From positions 1 to 64,000 of IMG/VR virus record IMGVR_UViG_3300035126_000631: DNA of 64,000 bases. The stretch is one strand, 5' to 3'. Of the stretch, positions 28,401 through 37,421 are shown in pieces. The translations under genes were made by a program, and so were the position numbers. Source of the stretch: a virus. Position 1 is the stretch's first letter, and the number at the start of each line of letters is the position of its first letter. The notes beneath the pieces were generated by a model. That model was not told the DNA's origin and searched no databases. It saw only the letters and a program-made list of their open reading frames with translations.

Positions 28401-31400
28401 ACCAAGTGGCCAAGATCCTGAGAAGAGCATACAGGAGCAACTCGCAGAGAAGAGGCAACAACTCGCAGAGCTTCGAGCAGTCAATCGCGAAGAAACTGGA
28501 CGTAGACTTCTTCAATTAGCTGAAGCTCGTGGAGAAAACTTTTTTCAACTTCCGAAAAACCTTTCAAACAGCGAAGACCTATTGACTGTTTTAGAGTCGA
28601 CGGGCGCTCGGTTTTCAATGGTCAACATGAGACCTCCGGAGCAGGTGGAGGCTGGAGAATCACGTGAGATCATCCTTGGCTCACGCAACTCTGTTGTCCT
28701 CGGCCGTCGTGCCCTCTACGAAAAAGAAAACGGAGAGGTCTCATCCGGAGACGTTGTTCGTAAGACGAACAGCGCAGTATTCATCCAAGACGGCAAAGAT
28801 GTTGTGAGAATCCCCGCGGAAAGAGTTGTCGGGATCGACGGGACGATAATGATTAAAGAGGAACCCGATCCATTTGGTTCTGTCTGGCCCGGTAAAGTAT
28901 GGGCTGTTGATGCTTCAGACGGAGATACCAATGCTATTGTCGATTCCACGCGCATCTATCAAGGGTTGTATCAATGGGCTGCAAATACAGGGCAAAAGAT
29001 TGTCCCAGACAGCGCAGGGACTTCGCCGACTGGAAGCTACCGTCGCAACGCACAGCAGATCTCTAGTGCTCTTCGCCTACAATCGGCTGAACACTTCATA
29101 CCGACAGAAGCTCAGTTGGACTTAATGTTCCCTGAGATAAGCACTGATTCAGAAAAAGTAACCAAATGGTTAGGCTCTACTTTAGAAGAGAAGGTCGGGG
29201 CTTTGGCACTGGCCGAAGTCGGCTTCGTTGAACAGCTTCTCCCTGATCTTGTCTCACTTAGTTATGACCCAAACACTGATAGCTTCTTGGGAGAAGGCAC
29301 ACCCATTAGTAGAGACGAAGCAGGAAAACGACTTGATAACCTCCTTGCGGACCCGGAAGAGCAAGACCCAACTGATCCTATCCGAATCGGAGAGGCAACT
29401 CTTGTCAGGTATCTTGCAGCGAGATCCGCGCTTCAAGGGAGCTTCAGAGCAGACGCTCCGGTCTTGCGCTCTGAATCTACTTCTTTAGACAAGATCGCCT
29501 ACAGCCGTGCCGTCGGTCGCCCGTTCGCATCCGACACGGCGACGACTTACAACGGCAAGACCTACACGCGCCCTGGGCTGATCTTCGGCGAGAACGCCAA
29601 CCTCGATCCCCAGGCTACGGAACTGGTCTCCATCCTCAAGAGGGTGAAGCGTGCGGCCGAGCAGTATGCCAATCTCAAGGGGCGGGAACTCAATCGCCTC
29701 ATCAAGAAGTATTACAAGGACGAGCCGGTTCCGACCGACCTTATCAACGATGCGCTGGGTAACCTCGACAACCCGCTGACCGATCAGCAGTTCGACGAGA
29801 TCAAGCGGCTTGAATTGACCGACCCCGAAGCGGCGGTAGCCAAGCGAATCGCTTACCTCGGGGAGAACCGCGCACGTTTCCGCACCGAGCGTCAGGCTCC
29901 GGCCTTGCTTGCCCTGCCGGAAGAACTGGCCGAGTTCCTGCGTGAGATCGGCGGAAGCCGCGAAACTCCGGGCGACCTTTATCGTCTGCAAGAGGAAGCC
30001 CTCAAGCTCGGTATTCCGAAAGGTGACATGGCGACGGCTTTCACTGAGAACCTCGGCATCTACCTGACCCGTAGTTACAACGCCTTCATCGATCAAGAAG
30101 GATGGGAGCGCACGCTCCGCGCCGAAGACGCCGCGCTCGGCGAGCAGTCGCGCATGGGGCAGTTCCGTAATCAAATCCGTTCCACGTTGATCGGCCAGCG
30201 GGCCGACGATCTGCTGACCAAGGCCCAAGAAGAGGGCCGCACGCTCTCCCGCGCCGAAGCCGAACGCCGCGCCAAGGAAGGCACGACGACCGAAGAGGTC
30301 GATCAAATGCTGGAGAGCTACATCGCCTACACCAAGGAAGAGGCTTCCTCGGAATCCTTCTCCGGTCTGCGTCTGCCCGGTCGCCAGAACATCAAGAGCT
30401 TGGAGCAGCGCAAGCGGCTCTCCGACGCCCTGCGCGAGTTCTACGGCCAAGTGGAGAACCCGGCGGTCAACTTTGTCACCAGCTACGCGAAACTTTCCTC
30501 GCTCGTCGCCAACCATAAGTTCCAGACCGAACTGAAAAACCTCGGACTGAAAGAAGGCTGGCTCTGGGATCAGGAGAAGAACGTCGGACAGCGTCCTCCT
30601 TCCGGATACGAGCGCATCGCCGCCGACAACGACAAGTCCCTCAAGGTCTTGGCCGGACTCTACGCCCGCTCGGATCTTGTCCGTGGCTTGCGCGAGACGT
30701 TCCCGCCGAACTCGATGGAAGCGGCCCAGTGGTGGCTGCATCCGTTTATGAAGCTCACCGGACTTTCGATGGGCCTAAAGACTGTCGGCTCGATGGTATC
30801 CCAGATCCGCAACTACTGGAGTAGCTACGCTCCGATCATTGCCGGCGGCAACATGACGATCGCCGACTGGTTCCGCCCTGAGTGGCGCAAGAATTGGAAG
30901 GAGGCGCATGAGGTCTCGATCGCCAACGTGTTCCGTAAATACGGCGGCGACCGCCAGAAGATGACCAATCGGATCAAACGCCTCTACGAACTTGGCGTGA
31001 TGGGTGAGTCGCTAACGGTCGGTCTCCTCAACGACCTAACCCGCCTCGGGAAAGATGCCTCGATCAGCGACGAGCAGTTCTTCAACAACTTCGAGAAGAT
31101 CCTCAAGAAGCCGGGTCGCCGGGTCTGGAATGCGACCAAGCAAGTCTGGGAGAAAGCCGAGCAAGTCTACGGCATGACCGACGACATTTTCAAAGTGCTC
31201 ACCTACCTCTCGGAGTTCGACAAATACCAGAAGGTCTATCCGAATATGTCGGAGTCCGAGCTTGAGAAGAAAGCATCCGACATCGCCCGTGACATCCACT
31301 GGACGTATTCCAAGGCTCCTGCGGCGGTCAATGAACTCAAGAAGTTCCCCTTCATCGCGCCGTTCGTTACGTTCACGACCGAGACGATCCGGATCACGGC

Positions 31401-32511
31401 CAACCTCGGCAAGCTGGCCATCAACGAGCGCAAAGAAGGCCAGCGCCTTCGCGAGCAGGGATTGCGTGAGAACAATGCGGAACTGGTGCGCCAAGGCGAC
31501 GAGCTTCTCAAGATCAGCAACAAACGTATGCGTGGTATGGCGGCAGTCGCCTTCGGTCCGTGGGCCGTCGGTTCTTTAGCTATGACCGCAGCCGGATTCT
31601 CCGGAGACGATGAAGAAGACCTCCGCCAGTTCCTCCCCGATTGGCAGAAGAACAGCCAGATTCTAATCCTCGGCCGCAACGGCTCCGACATTAACTATGT
31701 CGATGTCTCCTACCTCGATCCCTTTGAGGTCTGGAAGAAGCCGATGACTGCCTTCATGCGCGGGCTCGGGCGTTCTGAGAACGTCGAAGAGTTCTTCACC
31801 GAAGCGGTGGTCGGAGCAGCCCTCGAAGCCGCCCGCCCGTTCACCAGTGAGCAGATTCTTTCCGGCGCAGTTATGGATGTGATGCGGAACCGTGATGCCA
31901 ACGGCCGTCAGGTCTACAACCCGCAGGATACGGGCACGGCGATCGCCACAGCGGTCGGTGCTAAACTCGGTTCGGCATTCACCCCAGGGACGATGGACAC
32001 CGTCGATCGCATCTATAAGGCCAGCGCCGGACAGATGAGCGAGACGGGTCGCGCCTACCAACCATTCAATGAATGGGGCTCGCTGGTCTTCGGTCAGCGT
32101 GTCAGCGCGGTCGATGCCGAACAAGCCCTTGGCTTCAAGGCTTCGCAGTTCCTCCGCGCCCGTCGGGATGCCCGCAGCATCTTCAACCGCGACTACCTCT
32201 CCCGTGGTTCACGTTCGGAGTCCGATGTAGTAAGTGCATACCAGCGCAGCAACGCGGGTCTCCGCGATGTGACCGAGCGACTCCGCCGTGAGTATATCGC
32301 CGCGCTTAATCTCGGCGTCTCACCCGCCAAAGCCCGCAGCGTTCTTCGCGCCTCCGGACTGGACCGCGACTCGGCCCGCATGATCTCGACGGGCATCTAC
32401 CGCCGTCTCACCCCGAGCGAGGAGCAGGACCGCATGGCCGCACCGGATCGCAAGCGTGCCGCCCGCCAAGCAATTGCCGAGACCCCGCAGCGCGAAGTCC
32501 TGTTCCCGTAA
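22426..32511 (+). CDS. giant internal virion protein, large polyvalent-protein type, with a zincin (HExxH) domain
   Basis: 3361 aa, no Cys seen; N-terminal Gly/Ala membrane-like region; FLHELQH with downstream LEEF; C-terminal PFIAPFVTF / LPDWQKN / YLDPF region typical of large ejected proteins. Confidence 0.75.
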   Translation: MAWYDDPEEVRRVTAEALGLGLEDPESAEEPDLGPRLSLNTVAPDESRAVEVTEKKWWEDPDAVEAAMREAGVAVAAPMRSKRSLTGEIGAGLERGTDQTQGLLYGFSGLLGQAIGVEELEQFGLENYARKMEEAAENQASIQDPTEDIDGLGDFGLYAAGIISEQLPQLLISLGGAGLGGAAAKTAAQRIIANEVAKRTAAGMAKNEAAKEVAQLVAQNALTAAGTAAKRGAVGGAYLANFGQIAGGSFGQMAQELGEGNAAQAAAFAAPGAALDTLGEVFVAGKFLKPLSQAQRAAVEGVKPLTLGRIGGGLAGGAASGSAVEGPTEYIQTGLEQAALGSADPNRTVGDVVMTPEAERERQIAAAAGATVGGLLGGAGGVVEVAFSPRTTEALRTKRQQQQTGSELPPEQSQEQEQQQEAPADEEWSEPITIQSRNEEYNNLEYRQNKAGQVWAFNVPEVSRFGAFAIPTKYGQGVLLNPAFEGASDIRSEVKAKLAEMADPEAFKAPPVTPPKKVEENLEDADLVEGEEVASNAEELAAAAERRRLRDQEILTRDLESAAATLARPQEDAKGFVDNLKEGDQVSVLTEDGEGNAFAIPMTFVRLNQNGQAQLRSEPDEDNKVATRLYDADEFNRITTRPAEQVAPAAATTGTGIKVSPLTAPIRPAAEGEQLSEAERAQNLLYFKDVEGSKIDDNLWINSARELGVPITPETTGAIAEQEIRNRFGVERTTTKQDDPASQVLMDALGPNPTRQKLESMTGTRWTGKGSKFTWMLPDKLGGKGIPVTTRLFNRKAPAEALPIPQRSTTRGFKPEEQGGTAPAAPDIQTTGPDLIAKSSAEFVGVRKGEKNELVSARPTRGQDNATYLQEVDTAADTTIRQMNYLGQPVLVTPETAQSLAEANQFWTEHEQRQKAGTAKVDRQPVRFYTQERSDKDGNRNTFITGVTYEGRTYRVGKTPQEFSVDRALTQRGAKSRRRGLGIYDPIRIASPSRIARSEAGMASAKTEAGDGPLTEALRGVQGRAAIAELNDAENAVYGFFDDKITSPILNIQDPAVTTEVRDTALETARGKVAAAFLKAKKANPSEKTKVLPGRQRTIGEKVSDKLIAYQEAKRGLAIQALRDKFRGLSEKATAAKAAARGTGAGKALKMSPQGAMNLITRARRGQKAGIPEAKRATRDEALTALQELVDFGALDQEKKDAQIRRILDKAEKFSEVDRDFMAEQIISELAEADKALATQQGRKYSRSTAEVAQDRRLVLSTFNLLNDSSIRSLNPYNIGNSALSAAKRTATRKGMTRDEVSLDDENQGAGDEVALKASQPDDKGRIDQAKLAERGKRVGVEDAEGGEIAPFTNNIEEALNLMDELPDSDRDLFLRYAGMEIERQAGERSQTNQPLSEVDRLWAGRIKSYLDGKINRSQLEYFRNEERRLVERTTPRATPAELTNLRRGVSNEAALSGVAESRAARTPDTAPTGRAERVVGSPADPAGTVQESTAGQTGGRGVQPTPRRTRAVAAAAQRDFAGAILGLDEAETAALPQGTVDRVYQSYLATFDGVLAEQSNNPLTASAAPAADTVTADGKKMFERFAAARLNPNQQRAAIIRSNMAQAYRAGLFDEDPVVSAINKIATDKTQPMNLRLMAKEFVKNAKRGVRFDRVVLDIGRFTKPGNKQTTWAGLFSLTPEGAPVVSINLDNLHDKNSVPLTFLHELQHVVIRDKVRRAIPLTRAEEQALARLEDLRSQAVIAAARQQGIEVGATPNVNALAERLYALTDPNSTQSGAAVDNRRLAGLVNLEEFVIEMIGNPDMVRLLSELGFGEARTDGKRFSLTGALRNAWNAVVELITGAKVDPTSPLAMAFKDSWTVNFGTARNPNITEIKASKRLADRQQAQTRQQYVEGEIEARDMAGTTRDRNRIMQEITGPADTQTEAMRSSMLDAARNMTEDQWVAAARAQGFDFVDPGAVYRQARAEAVQAAPEQATGDTVQVAESRAVAQPSGQDPEKSIQEQLAEKRQQLAELRAVNREETGRRLLQLAEARGENFFQLPKNLSNSEDLLTVLESTGARFSMVNMRPPEQVEAGESREIILGSRNSVVLGRRALYEKENGEVSSGDVVRKTNSAVFIQDGKDVVRIPAERVVGIDGTIMIKEEPDPFGSVWPGKVWAVDASDGDTNAIVDSTRIYQGLYQWAANTGQKIVPDSAGTSPTGSYRRNAQQISSALRLQSAEHFIPTEAQLDLMFPEISTDSEKVTKWLGSTLEEKVGALALAEVGFVEQLLPDLVSLSYDPNTDSFLGEGTPISRDEAGKRLDNLLADPEEQDPTDPIRIGEATLVRYLAARSALQGSFRADAPVLRSESTSLDKIAYSRAVGRPFASDTATTYNGKTYTRPGLIFGENANLDPQATELVSILKRVKRAAEQYANLKGRELNRLIKKYYKDEPVPTDLINDALGNLDNPLTDQQFDEIKRLELTDPEAAVAKRIAYLGENRARFRTERQAPALLALPEELAEFLREIGGSRETPGDLYRLQEEALKLGIPKGDMATAFTENLGIYLTRSYNAFIDQEGWERTLRAEDAALGEQSRMGQFRNQIRSTLIGQRADDLLTKAQEEGRTLSRAEAERRAKEGTTTEEVDQMLESYIAYTKEEASSESFSGLRLPGRQNIKSLEQRKRLSDALREFYGQVENPAVNFVTSYAKLSSLVANHKFQTELKNLGLKEGWLWDQEKNVGQRPPSGYERIAADNDKSLKVLAGLYARSDLVRGLRETFPPNSMEAAQWWLHPFMKLTGLSMGLKTVGSMVSQIRNYWSSYAPIIAGGNMTIADWFRPEWRKNWKEAHEVSIANVFRKYGGDRQKMTNRIKRLYELGVMGESLTVGLLNDLTRLGKDASISDEQFFNNFEKILKKPGRRVWNATKQVWEKAEQVYGMTDDIFKVLTYLSEFDKYQKVYPNMSESELEKKASDIARDIHWTYSKAPAAVNELKKFPFIAPFVTFTTETIRITANLGKLAINERKEGQRLREQGLRENNAELVRQGDELLKISNKRMRGMAAVAFGPWAVGSLAMTAAGFSGDDEEDLRQFLPDWQKNSQILILGRNGSDINYVDVSYLDPFEVWKKPMTAFMRGLGRSENVEEFFTEAVVGAALEAARPFTSEQILSGAVMDVMRNRDANGRQVYNPQDTGTAIATAVGAKLGSAFTPGTMDTVDRIYKASAGQMSETGRAYQPFNEWGSLVFGQRVSAVDAEQALGFKASQFLRARRDARSIFNRDYLSRGSRSESDVVSAYQRSNAGLRDVTERLRREYIAALNLGVSPAKARSVLRASGLDRDSARMISTGIYRRLTPSEEQDRMAAPDRKRAARQAIAETPQREVLFP

Positions 32512-32522
32512 AAAGTGATAGT

Positions 32523-33116
32523 ATGATAGTCAAAGACACCCACGTCATGCCGCCCGGAGGTTGGCGCTACATCCAGCCGGAGACGGGCTTCGAGTTCTCG
32601 GCCTCAACCCTGCGTGTGGTCATCCAAAAGGTGACCGAGCATCGCAAGGCCAACGGCCTACCCGTCGGCGATCCCTCGGCCGACATCCAAGACTTTGTCT
32701 GTGCCCAGCTTCCGGCCGGCAGTGACTCCTGCACCCACGTCCTCGATGGGGACTACGCCCTCAAGAAACACTTCACGATGGAAGACGTGAAGCGGTTCAT
32801 CCAAGCGGCCATCTCCGCGCTCGGGAGCCGCGGTCTCGTCGAGCAGCCCGAAGCCGAACGCCGCGCCGCGATCTGTGCCGCCTGTCCCTTGAACACAACA
32901 GTCGGGGGATGCTGGCGGTGCAAGGGGTTAGCCGATTGGCTCTTCAAGCTGATCGGTGCGCGAAACACGGCACACGCTGGACGGCTCAATCAGTGCGGTG
33001 TGTGCGGCTGTTCTATTAAGGCGAAGATTTGGCTCCCGCTGGATGTAGCGCAAGGAGTCAGTGAAGGATACAAGTTCCCGTCCTGGTGCTGGCTCAATGG
33101 AAACGGTCCGGAATAA
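32523..33116 (+). CDS. Cys-rich, probably Zn-binding protein
   Basis: PPGGWRY start; CAACP, CWRC and CGVCGC motifs; last gene of the + strand block. Confidence 0.65.
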   Translation: MIVKDTHVMPPGGWRYIQPETGFEFSASTLRVVIQKVTEHRKANGLPVGDPSADIQDFVCAQLPAGSDSCTHVLDGDYALKKHFTMEDVKRFIQAAISALGSRGLVEQPEAERRAAICAACPLNTTVGGCWRCKGLADWLFKLIGARNTAHAGRLNQCGVCGCSIKAKIWLPLDVAQGVSEGYKFPSWCWLNGNGPE

Positions 33117-33399
33117 TTATCTTGGACTCTTCCGCTGGTTCCTCCGGAAGCTCTTCCCCCTTCATCTTCGCAATCTCCCGCTGGAGAGCGCGATTGACCT
33201 GATTGGAAAGGGTGACCGAGGAATTGATCGCGTTAAGAAGAAGCGTCTGTTGGAAGAAGACTTGCTCCAGTAGCGCGTCTCCTTCGGACATTCCTTCCTT
33301 CTCAGCGGCCTCGTGTTTCTTGCCGAGGTAAGTGGCGACAGCTTTCAGGCTGTGGCTGTGGATGGGGGCATCGATGGGTTGTGTGTTTTCTTCAGTCAT
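33094..33399 (-). CDS. hypothetical protein
   Basis: ATGA-coupled to the methyltransferase gene; ends SKIIIP. Confidence 0.55.
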   Translation of the reverse strand: MTEENTQPIDAPIHSHSLKAVATYLGKKHEAAEKEGMSEGDALLEQVFFQQTLLLNAINSSVTLSNQVNRALQREIAKMKGEELPEEPAEESKIIIPDRFH

Positions 33400-33923
33400 A
33401 AATCTTTCTCCAAAACAATCGCCCACGAGTAGTCGGGGAAATCTTCTTCAGCCAAAACCCTGGCGCGGATGTTGCCGGCCTTGAGCACGCGCTTCTTGAA
33501 TGTCTTGAGGGAATAGTCCGCCTCTTTGTGCGCTTCGTTGATCGGCTGTCCCGTCGCCGCGCAGTGGGCCAAGAAGCGTTGCTGGTCGGGGGCTAGGATG
33601 AGAAGCCGACCGCCCGGCTTGAGCACGCGGAGCCACTCTTTAGCCATCGGGATCTGGTCCGCATAGCTGAAGTCCTCGATCAGGTGCGAGTTGTAGAGCC
33701 AGTCGAGCGTTCCGTTCTTGAGCGGGATACTACGGGCATCACCGCCGAGATGTTGCACCGAAGTCCCGACCGAGGTGTAGGGCTGGGGCATGTCGAAGGT
33801 GATGCAGTTCGGGGTGAGGGCATCGCCGCCGAAGCCGACATCCATCCCGTAGCCTTGGGTGTAAGGCAAAAACCAAGCACGATGTTTGCTGGTTTCGCTA
33901 ACGTATGAGGCGGTCGGCGTCAT
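33396..33923 (-). CDS. class I SAM-dependent methyltransferase
   Basis: MDVGFGG motif I, GDA, DWLYNSHLIEDF, EWLRVLKPGGRL. Confidence 0.85.
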   Translation of the reverse strand: MTPTASYVSETSKHRAWFLPYTQGYGMDVGFGGDALTPNCITFDMPQPYTSVGTSVQHLGGDARSIPLKNGTLDWLYNSHLIEDFSYADQIPMAKEWLRVLKPGGRLLILAPDQQRFLAHCAATGQPINEAHKEADYSLKTFKKRVLKAGNIRARVLAEEDFPDYSWAIVLEKDL

Positions 33924-34737
33924 TGCACCCAATCCTCCGGTATCTCCACATCCCACTCCCGCCCGTCCATCGGATTGCCGTAGACGCGGATATCCTCGGA
34001 GAAGAAGTGCTTAACTATGCCAGTATGGTGGAGGCGCACTACCCAGACGGAGTTTACCCCAGTGCCGGCCGAAACAATTCCATAGTCCACAAACAGAAAG
34101 GCATCACCTTGGCCGAGCGGAGTGTGGACTGAAATCGGTGCTTTGAACTCGTGGATCATCTAATCCCAATACTTCTGTGATCCGGTCAGCTTTCCACCCA
34201 TCATGCGTTCGAGCACAGCCTCGGCATCCCACGCATAGACCCCTCCCGCGTAGCATGTCTGCACCCCAAAGAGATCGCTGAACCTCTCACGGTCCAAGCC
34301 TGCCCCGTTGATCGCTTCATCCAACTCGGTCCACGGAACATGGTCCATCGGTTCACGCTTCACGTTGCAGCCGATCTGATGGAGGCGGGGGTATTCGGTT
34401 GCGGTCATGCTGCTGCTTTCGTTTCGCGGTATTCCCAGAGCCCGACATGCTCGGGGTGCATAAGGTCGAACAGTCTCGCTAAATAAGGGCTATGGTTATT
34501 ATTGATTTTCCAGCCACCGTTATCGCTCTCTATGAGAGCACTATGATGGCGTAGGAAATGAACAATCGTTCTGGCGCTGTAATGCTCGAAGCCTTCTTGG
34601 ATGACCTTGAATGCCTCGGATTCAAAGGCTTCGTATACATGCAGATTGTCCGGTAAATACCGTAGGAAATCTTTCGTGAACATGTGCTCGTGTTGCAGCA
34701 TGACACTGACTGGATCTTGTGAGGTTACTGTCACCAT
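33920..34737 (-). other. three small hypothetical CDSs (33920..34159, 34160..34408, 34405..34737)
   Basis: Tightly packed or overlapping co-oriented ORFs; the last has HYSARTI...KINNNHSPYLAR. Confidence 0.55.
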
Positions 34738-34997
34738 AAATCTTTACAGGCCCAGTATCCCGCGGTGGATTTGTCCTTCTTGGCCGCGCAGTTGTGGCGG
34801 CTGCGGAAGTTGGCGCGGCGCTTCGGGTTCTTGTGCTTGGTGAAGTCCGACATCGAGGAGTCCCCGAAGTGGACGACCTTCGCGGTGCCAGCTTTCTTGC
34901 CCGGCACGAAGACTGACTTCTTCTTCGCGGCTGGAGTGATGCCAGCCATTTTGCGCGGTTTATACAGCGTGACCTTCTTGCCTTTGTAGGTAGCCAT
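34731..34997 (-). CDS. small basic conserved-type phage protein
   Basis: VHFGDSSMSDFTKHKNPKRRANFRSRHNC...AGYWAC..LW pattern. Confidence 0.7.
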   Translation of the reverse strand: MATYKGKKVTLYKPRKMAGITPAAKKKSVFVPGKKAGTAKVVHFGDSSMSDFTKHKNPKRRANFRSRHNCAAKKDKSTAGYWACKDLW

Positions 34998-34999
34998 GA

Positions 35000-35137
35000 T
35001 TATCTCCGCTTCTTGGCCGAGAACCCGCCGCGCTTATTCTTCATCTTCGCGTAGGTCTTAGGCTCGATGGTGGACTTGGACTTCGGACGGGACGTGCCCG
35101 CTTTCCGACGTTTGTTGATGTTTTCGTATAGGCTCAT
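35000..35137 (-). CDS. very basic 45-aa protein (not in the ORF track)
   Basis: MSLYENINKRRKAGTSRPKSKSTIEPKTYAKMKNKRGGFSAKKRR. Confidence 0.6.
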   Translation of the reverse strand: MSLYENINKRRKAGTSRPKSKSTIEPKTYAKMKNKRGGFSAKKRR

Positions 35138-35412
35138 AAAATTCCGATCCAGTAGCTCGTCATCAGGAGCATCGCGAAGAACGCGACCAGCAAAGCCAGC
35201 GCATACTCCTCGGGTCCGATGGGGTCCGGATCTAACATCCGACTAGTTTCCTGACCTCCTTGTCGTAGCGATCGAGGATCGCCCCGCACATACCGGACGC
35301 CTCGTCGTGACTCCCGAGGGAATGCAACCCGCAGAGGATGCGGACCTCATCGTGGATGTCGCAGTAACGATCATAGAGTTCGATGTATCGGTGTTTCCAA
35401 GCAACGTCGCCG

Positions 35413-35733
35413 TCACTTTCCTCCTGAGTCAGTTTTCTTCTTGTTCGCTTTTTTGGTGGCATAAACTTTGTGCAAGGGCAGATTCCCAAAGACGGCGGAC
35501 AGGGCTTCCTCGATGTTGGACATGACCGCCTTGGCCGCTTCCTTCTCAGCTTCTTCCAAGTCGCCTTCGGTGATCTCGGCGTGACGCTCGGCCATGTCCG
35601 TGCAACCCGCCTCATAGGCGGCGTTCCAGGTCAGGTCGAAGAATCGGCGTAGCGACTCAGGCGTCAGGCACGGGTCGGTAGTCAGCCGAGGGTTCTGTTG
35701 GAGGAAGATCCCCCAAAGTTTCTCTTTGTTCAT
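35413..35733 (-). CDS. hypothetical protein
   Basis: MNKEKLWGIFL... is the protein-like part of the listed long ORF and is ATGA-coupled. Confidence 0.5.
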   Translation of the reverse strand: MNKEKLWGIFLQQNPRLTTDPCLTPESLRRFFDLTWNAAYEAGCTDMAERHAEITEGDLEEAEKEAAKAVMSNIEEALSAVFGNLPLHKVYATKKANKKKTDSGGK

Positions 35734-36017
35734 ACGAGGACTCCCCCGTTCTGTTTGGCCACCCAACGGCACACGTCCGAGGTCAGCCGCCCGATCTCGG
35801 CGACCGCTTCCTCGTCGATGTCGAAGAGGCGGGCATGGATAAGCTCGTGGCAGACAAGCTCGATGCCCCGATGGCCGATGGCGTCGGGGTGGAGGTAGAT
35901 CGTCCGGTCGGTCTGGACGCACAGCCCGTCGTAGGCTTCGCGCCCCGGAGGGCGCTGGAGCCTGATCTTCCACGGCTTCCCGTCGATTTTGACCCGTTTG
36001 GTGCGGACTCGGCGCAT
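35730..36017 (-). CDS. small zincin-like metallopeptidase-fold protein
   Basis: DGLC...RTIYL...CHELIHA...EEAV (HExxH plus a downstream E). Confidence 0.65.
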   Translation of the reverse strand: MRRVRTKRVKIDGKPWKIRLQRPPGREAYDGLCVQTDRTIYLHPDAIGHRGIELVCHELIHARLFDIDEEAVAEIGRLTSDVCRWVAKQNGGVLV

Positions 36018-37421
36018 CCACCACAGTTGCACAGTTATTATTAAGGGACAACTCACTTGAGGGTCTTTCCGAGCGAGGGGTTGCGGATGACCACGCTTCT
36101 GGCATGGGATCGGGCGATCCGCTCCAGTTCCTCGACCGCCGCCTCGAGCGACTGGGGCTCGGGCATGGTCGCCAAGGTATACCGCACCTTGCCGTTGACC
36201 TCGGCCGGCACGTAGGCCGCGACCCGACTGAACGGGTGGTGCCGGGTATACTTGGCCCATTCGAGGATGTATCTCTTGACCCCCGCACGATTGACCATGT
36301 TCTTGGCCTCCTTGGTGTCGAGGTAGTGTTTGACCGCCGAGGGCACGACAAGGTAGCGGACGGTTGTCTGGAAGGGTGGCCGCTCGTAGGCCGGACACTC
36401 GGTTCGGGCAAGCCTCTGGATCTCAGTCATGGGTCAGAGGGAGTAAGGGTTGCCTTCGGCCAAAGGCAGCGTCTTCGGACGCACCCCCTCGGGCTGTTCC
36501 CAGACCAGACTCTTGGGCTTTGGGGTTACCCCGTCGAAGACCACCCGCAAGGGTAGGAGATGATGGGCCGGAGGATCAGCCAACGGCAGGAAGGTCGCCG
36601 CGACGATGACCGGAAGGGCCGCGCAGATCCGCGCCATCACGGCTCGGCAGTGCGACCACAGGGTCGGTTGCGGCTGGCTCGGGACGGACAATGCCGCCCA
36701 GAGGTAGGGATACGCCTCGGCTGGGAGGCAGGTATTGTTGGGGTCGAATTCTCGGTAGTTCATTTGGTTGGTTTCCTTTCTTGGTAGAACCACACGGGAC
36801 CGCGCCCGACCCCCATCAATGTCGATGAGGACACGGGACACGGTGCGTGGTTCAGGGTTCATTTGGTTAATTAGACAATGTGGAGTTATTACTCGTTCAA
36901 ACGGATGTTTGGGCTTACATCACGATGAGGTGATCCTTGGCCCACTCTTTGTTGAGACCGCCGCGCTCGATCAACGCTTTCTTCAAAGCGGCTGGGGTCA
37001 AACGCTTGGCGGTTTTCTTCTTGGCTGCTTTCTTCACGGGTTTCTTTTTCATTGGTCTTGGGTTCTTTCTACTTGGTTCATGGTTCATGGTGCAATGACG
37101 GTGTGCGTCATACAGCCAGCCGTTCGAGTTCACGGGCGAACTCTTGGGCCAGCATGGTTTCAAAGCCCTCCTGATCGACAAGCACGATGAGCTTGCGGGC
37201 CTTGGGGTTTCTCTTGAGGACGATCAGCGCCGACTTGCGGGCGTGGGCGGGTAAGCCCTCGACCTCGGAGGCGCGGACCTCCTTGCAGAACTGCGGGGTG
37301 GGGCGGCGCTTGATGAAGCGCGGCGTCCCACCCGTAGTCCAGTCGGAGGCTTTGACTGCGCCTCCGCGTTTGTAGATTTCCAACGTGTTCTTGTGTGTTC
37401 CTTTCATGGTGGTTTCCTTTC

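Noticed and set aside
25330-30741. Long antisense ORFs (25330..26349, 27115..28515, 29485..30741; also 5328..6599 and 15503..16351)
   Set aside because: They mirror GC-rich sense genes codon for codon and have no motifs or RBS, so they are typical shadow ORFs.
22426-32511. Giant Cys-free protein as an N4-type or crAss-type virion RNA polymerase
   Set aside because: Size and lack of Cys fit, but I could not find T7-like motifs (DxxGR, Rx3Kx7YG) or a DxDGD/DFDID motif. An HExxH domain and polyvalent-type C-terminus fit better. A structure search is needed to exclude it fully.
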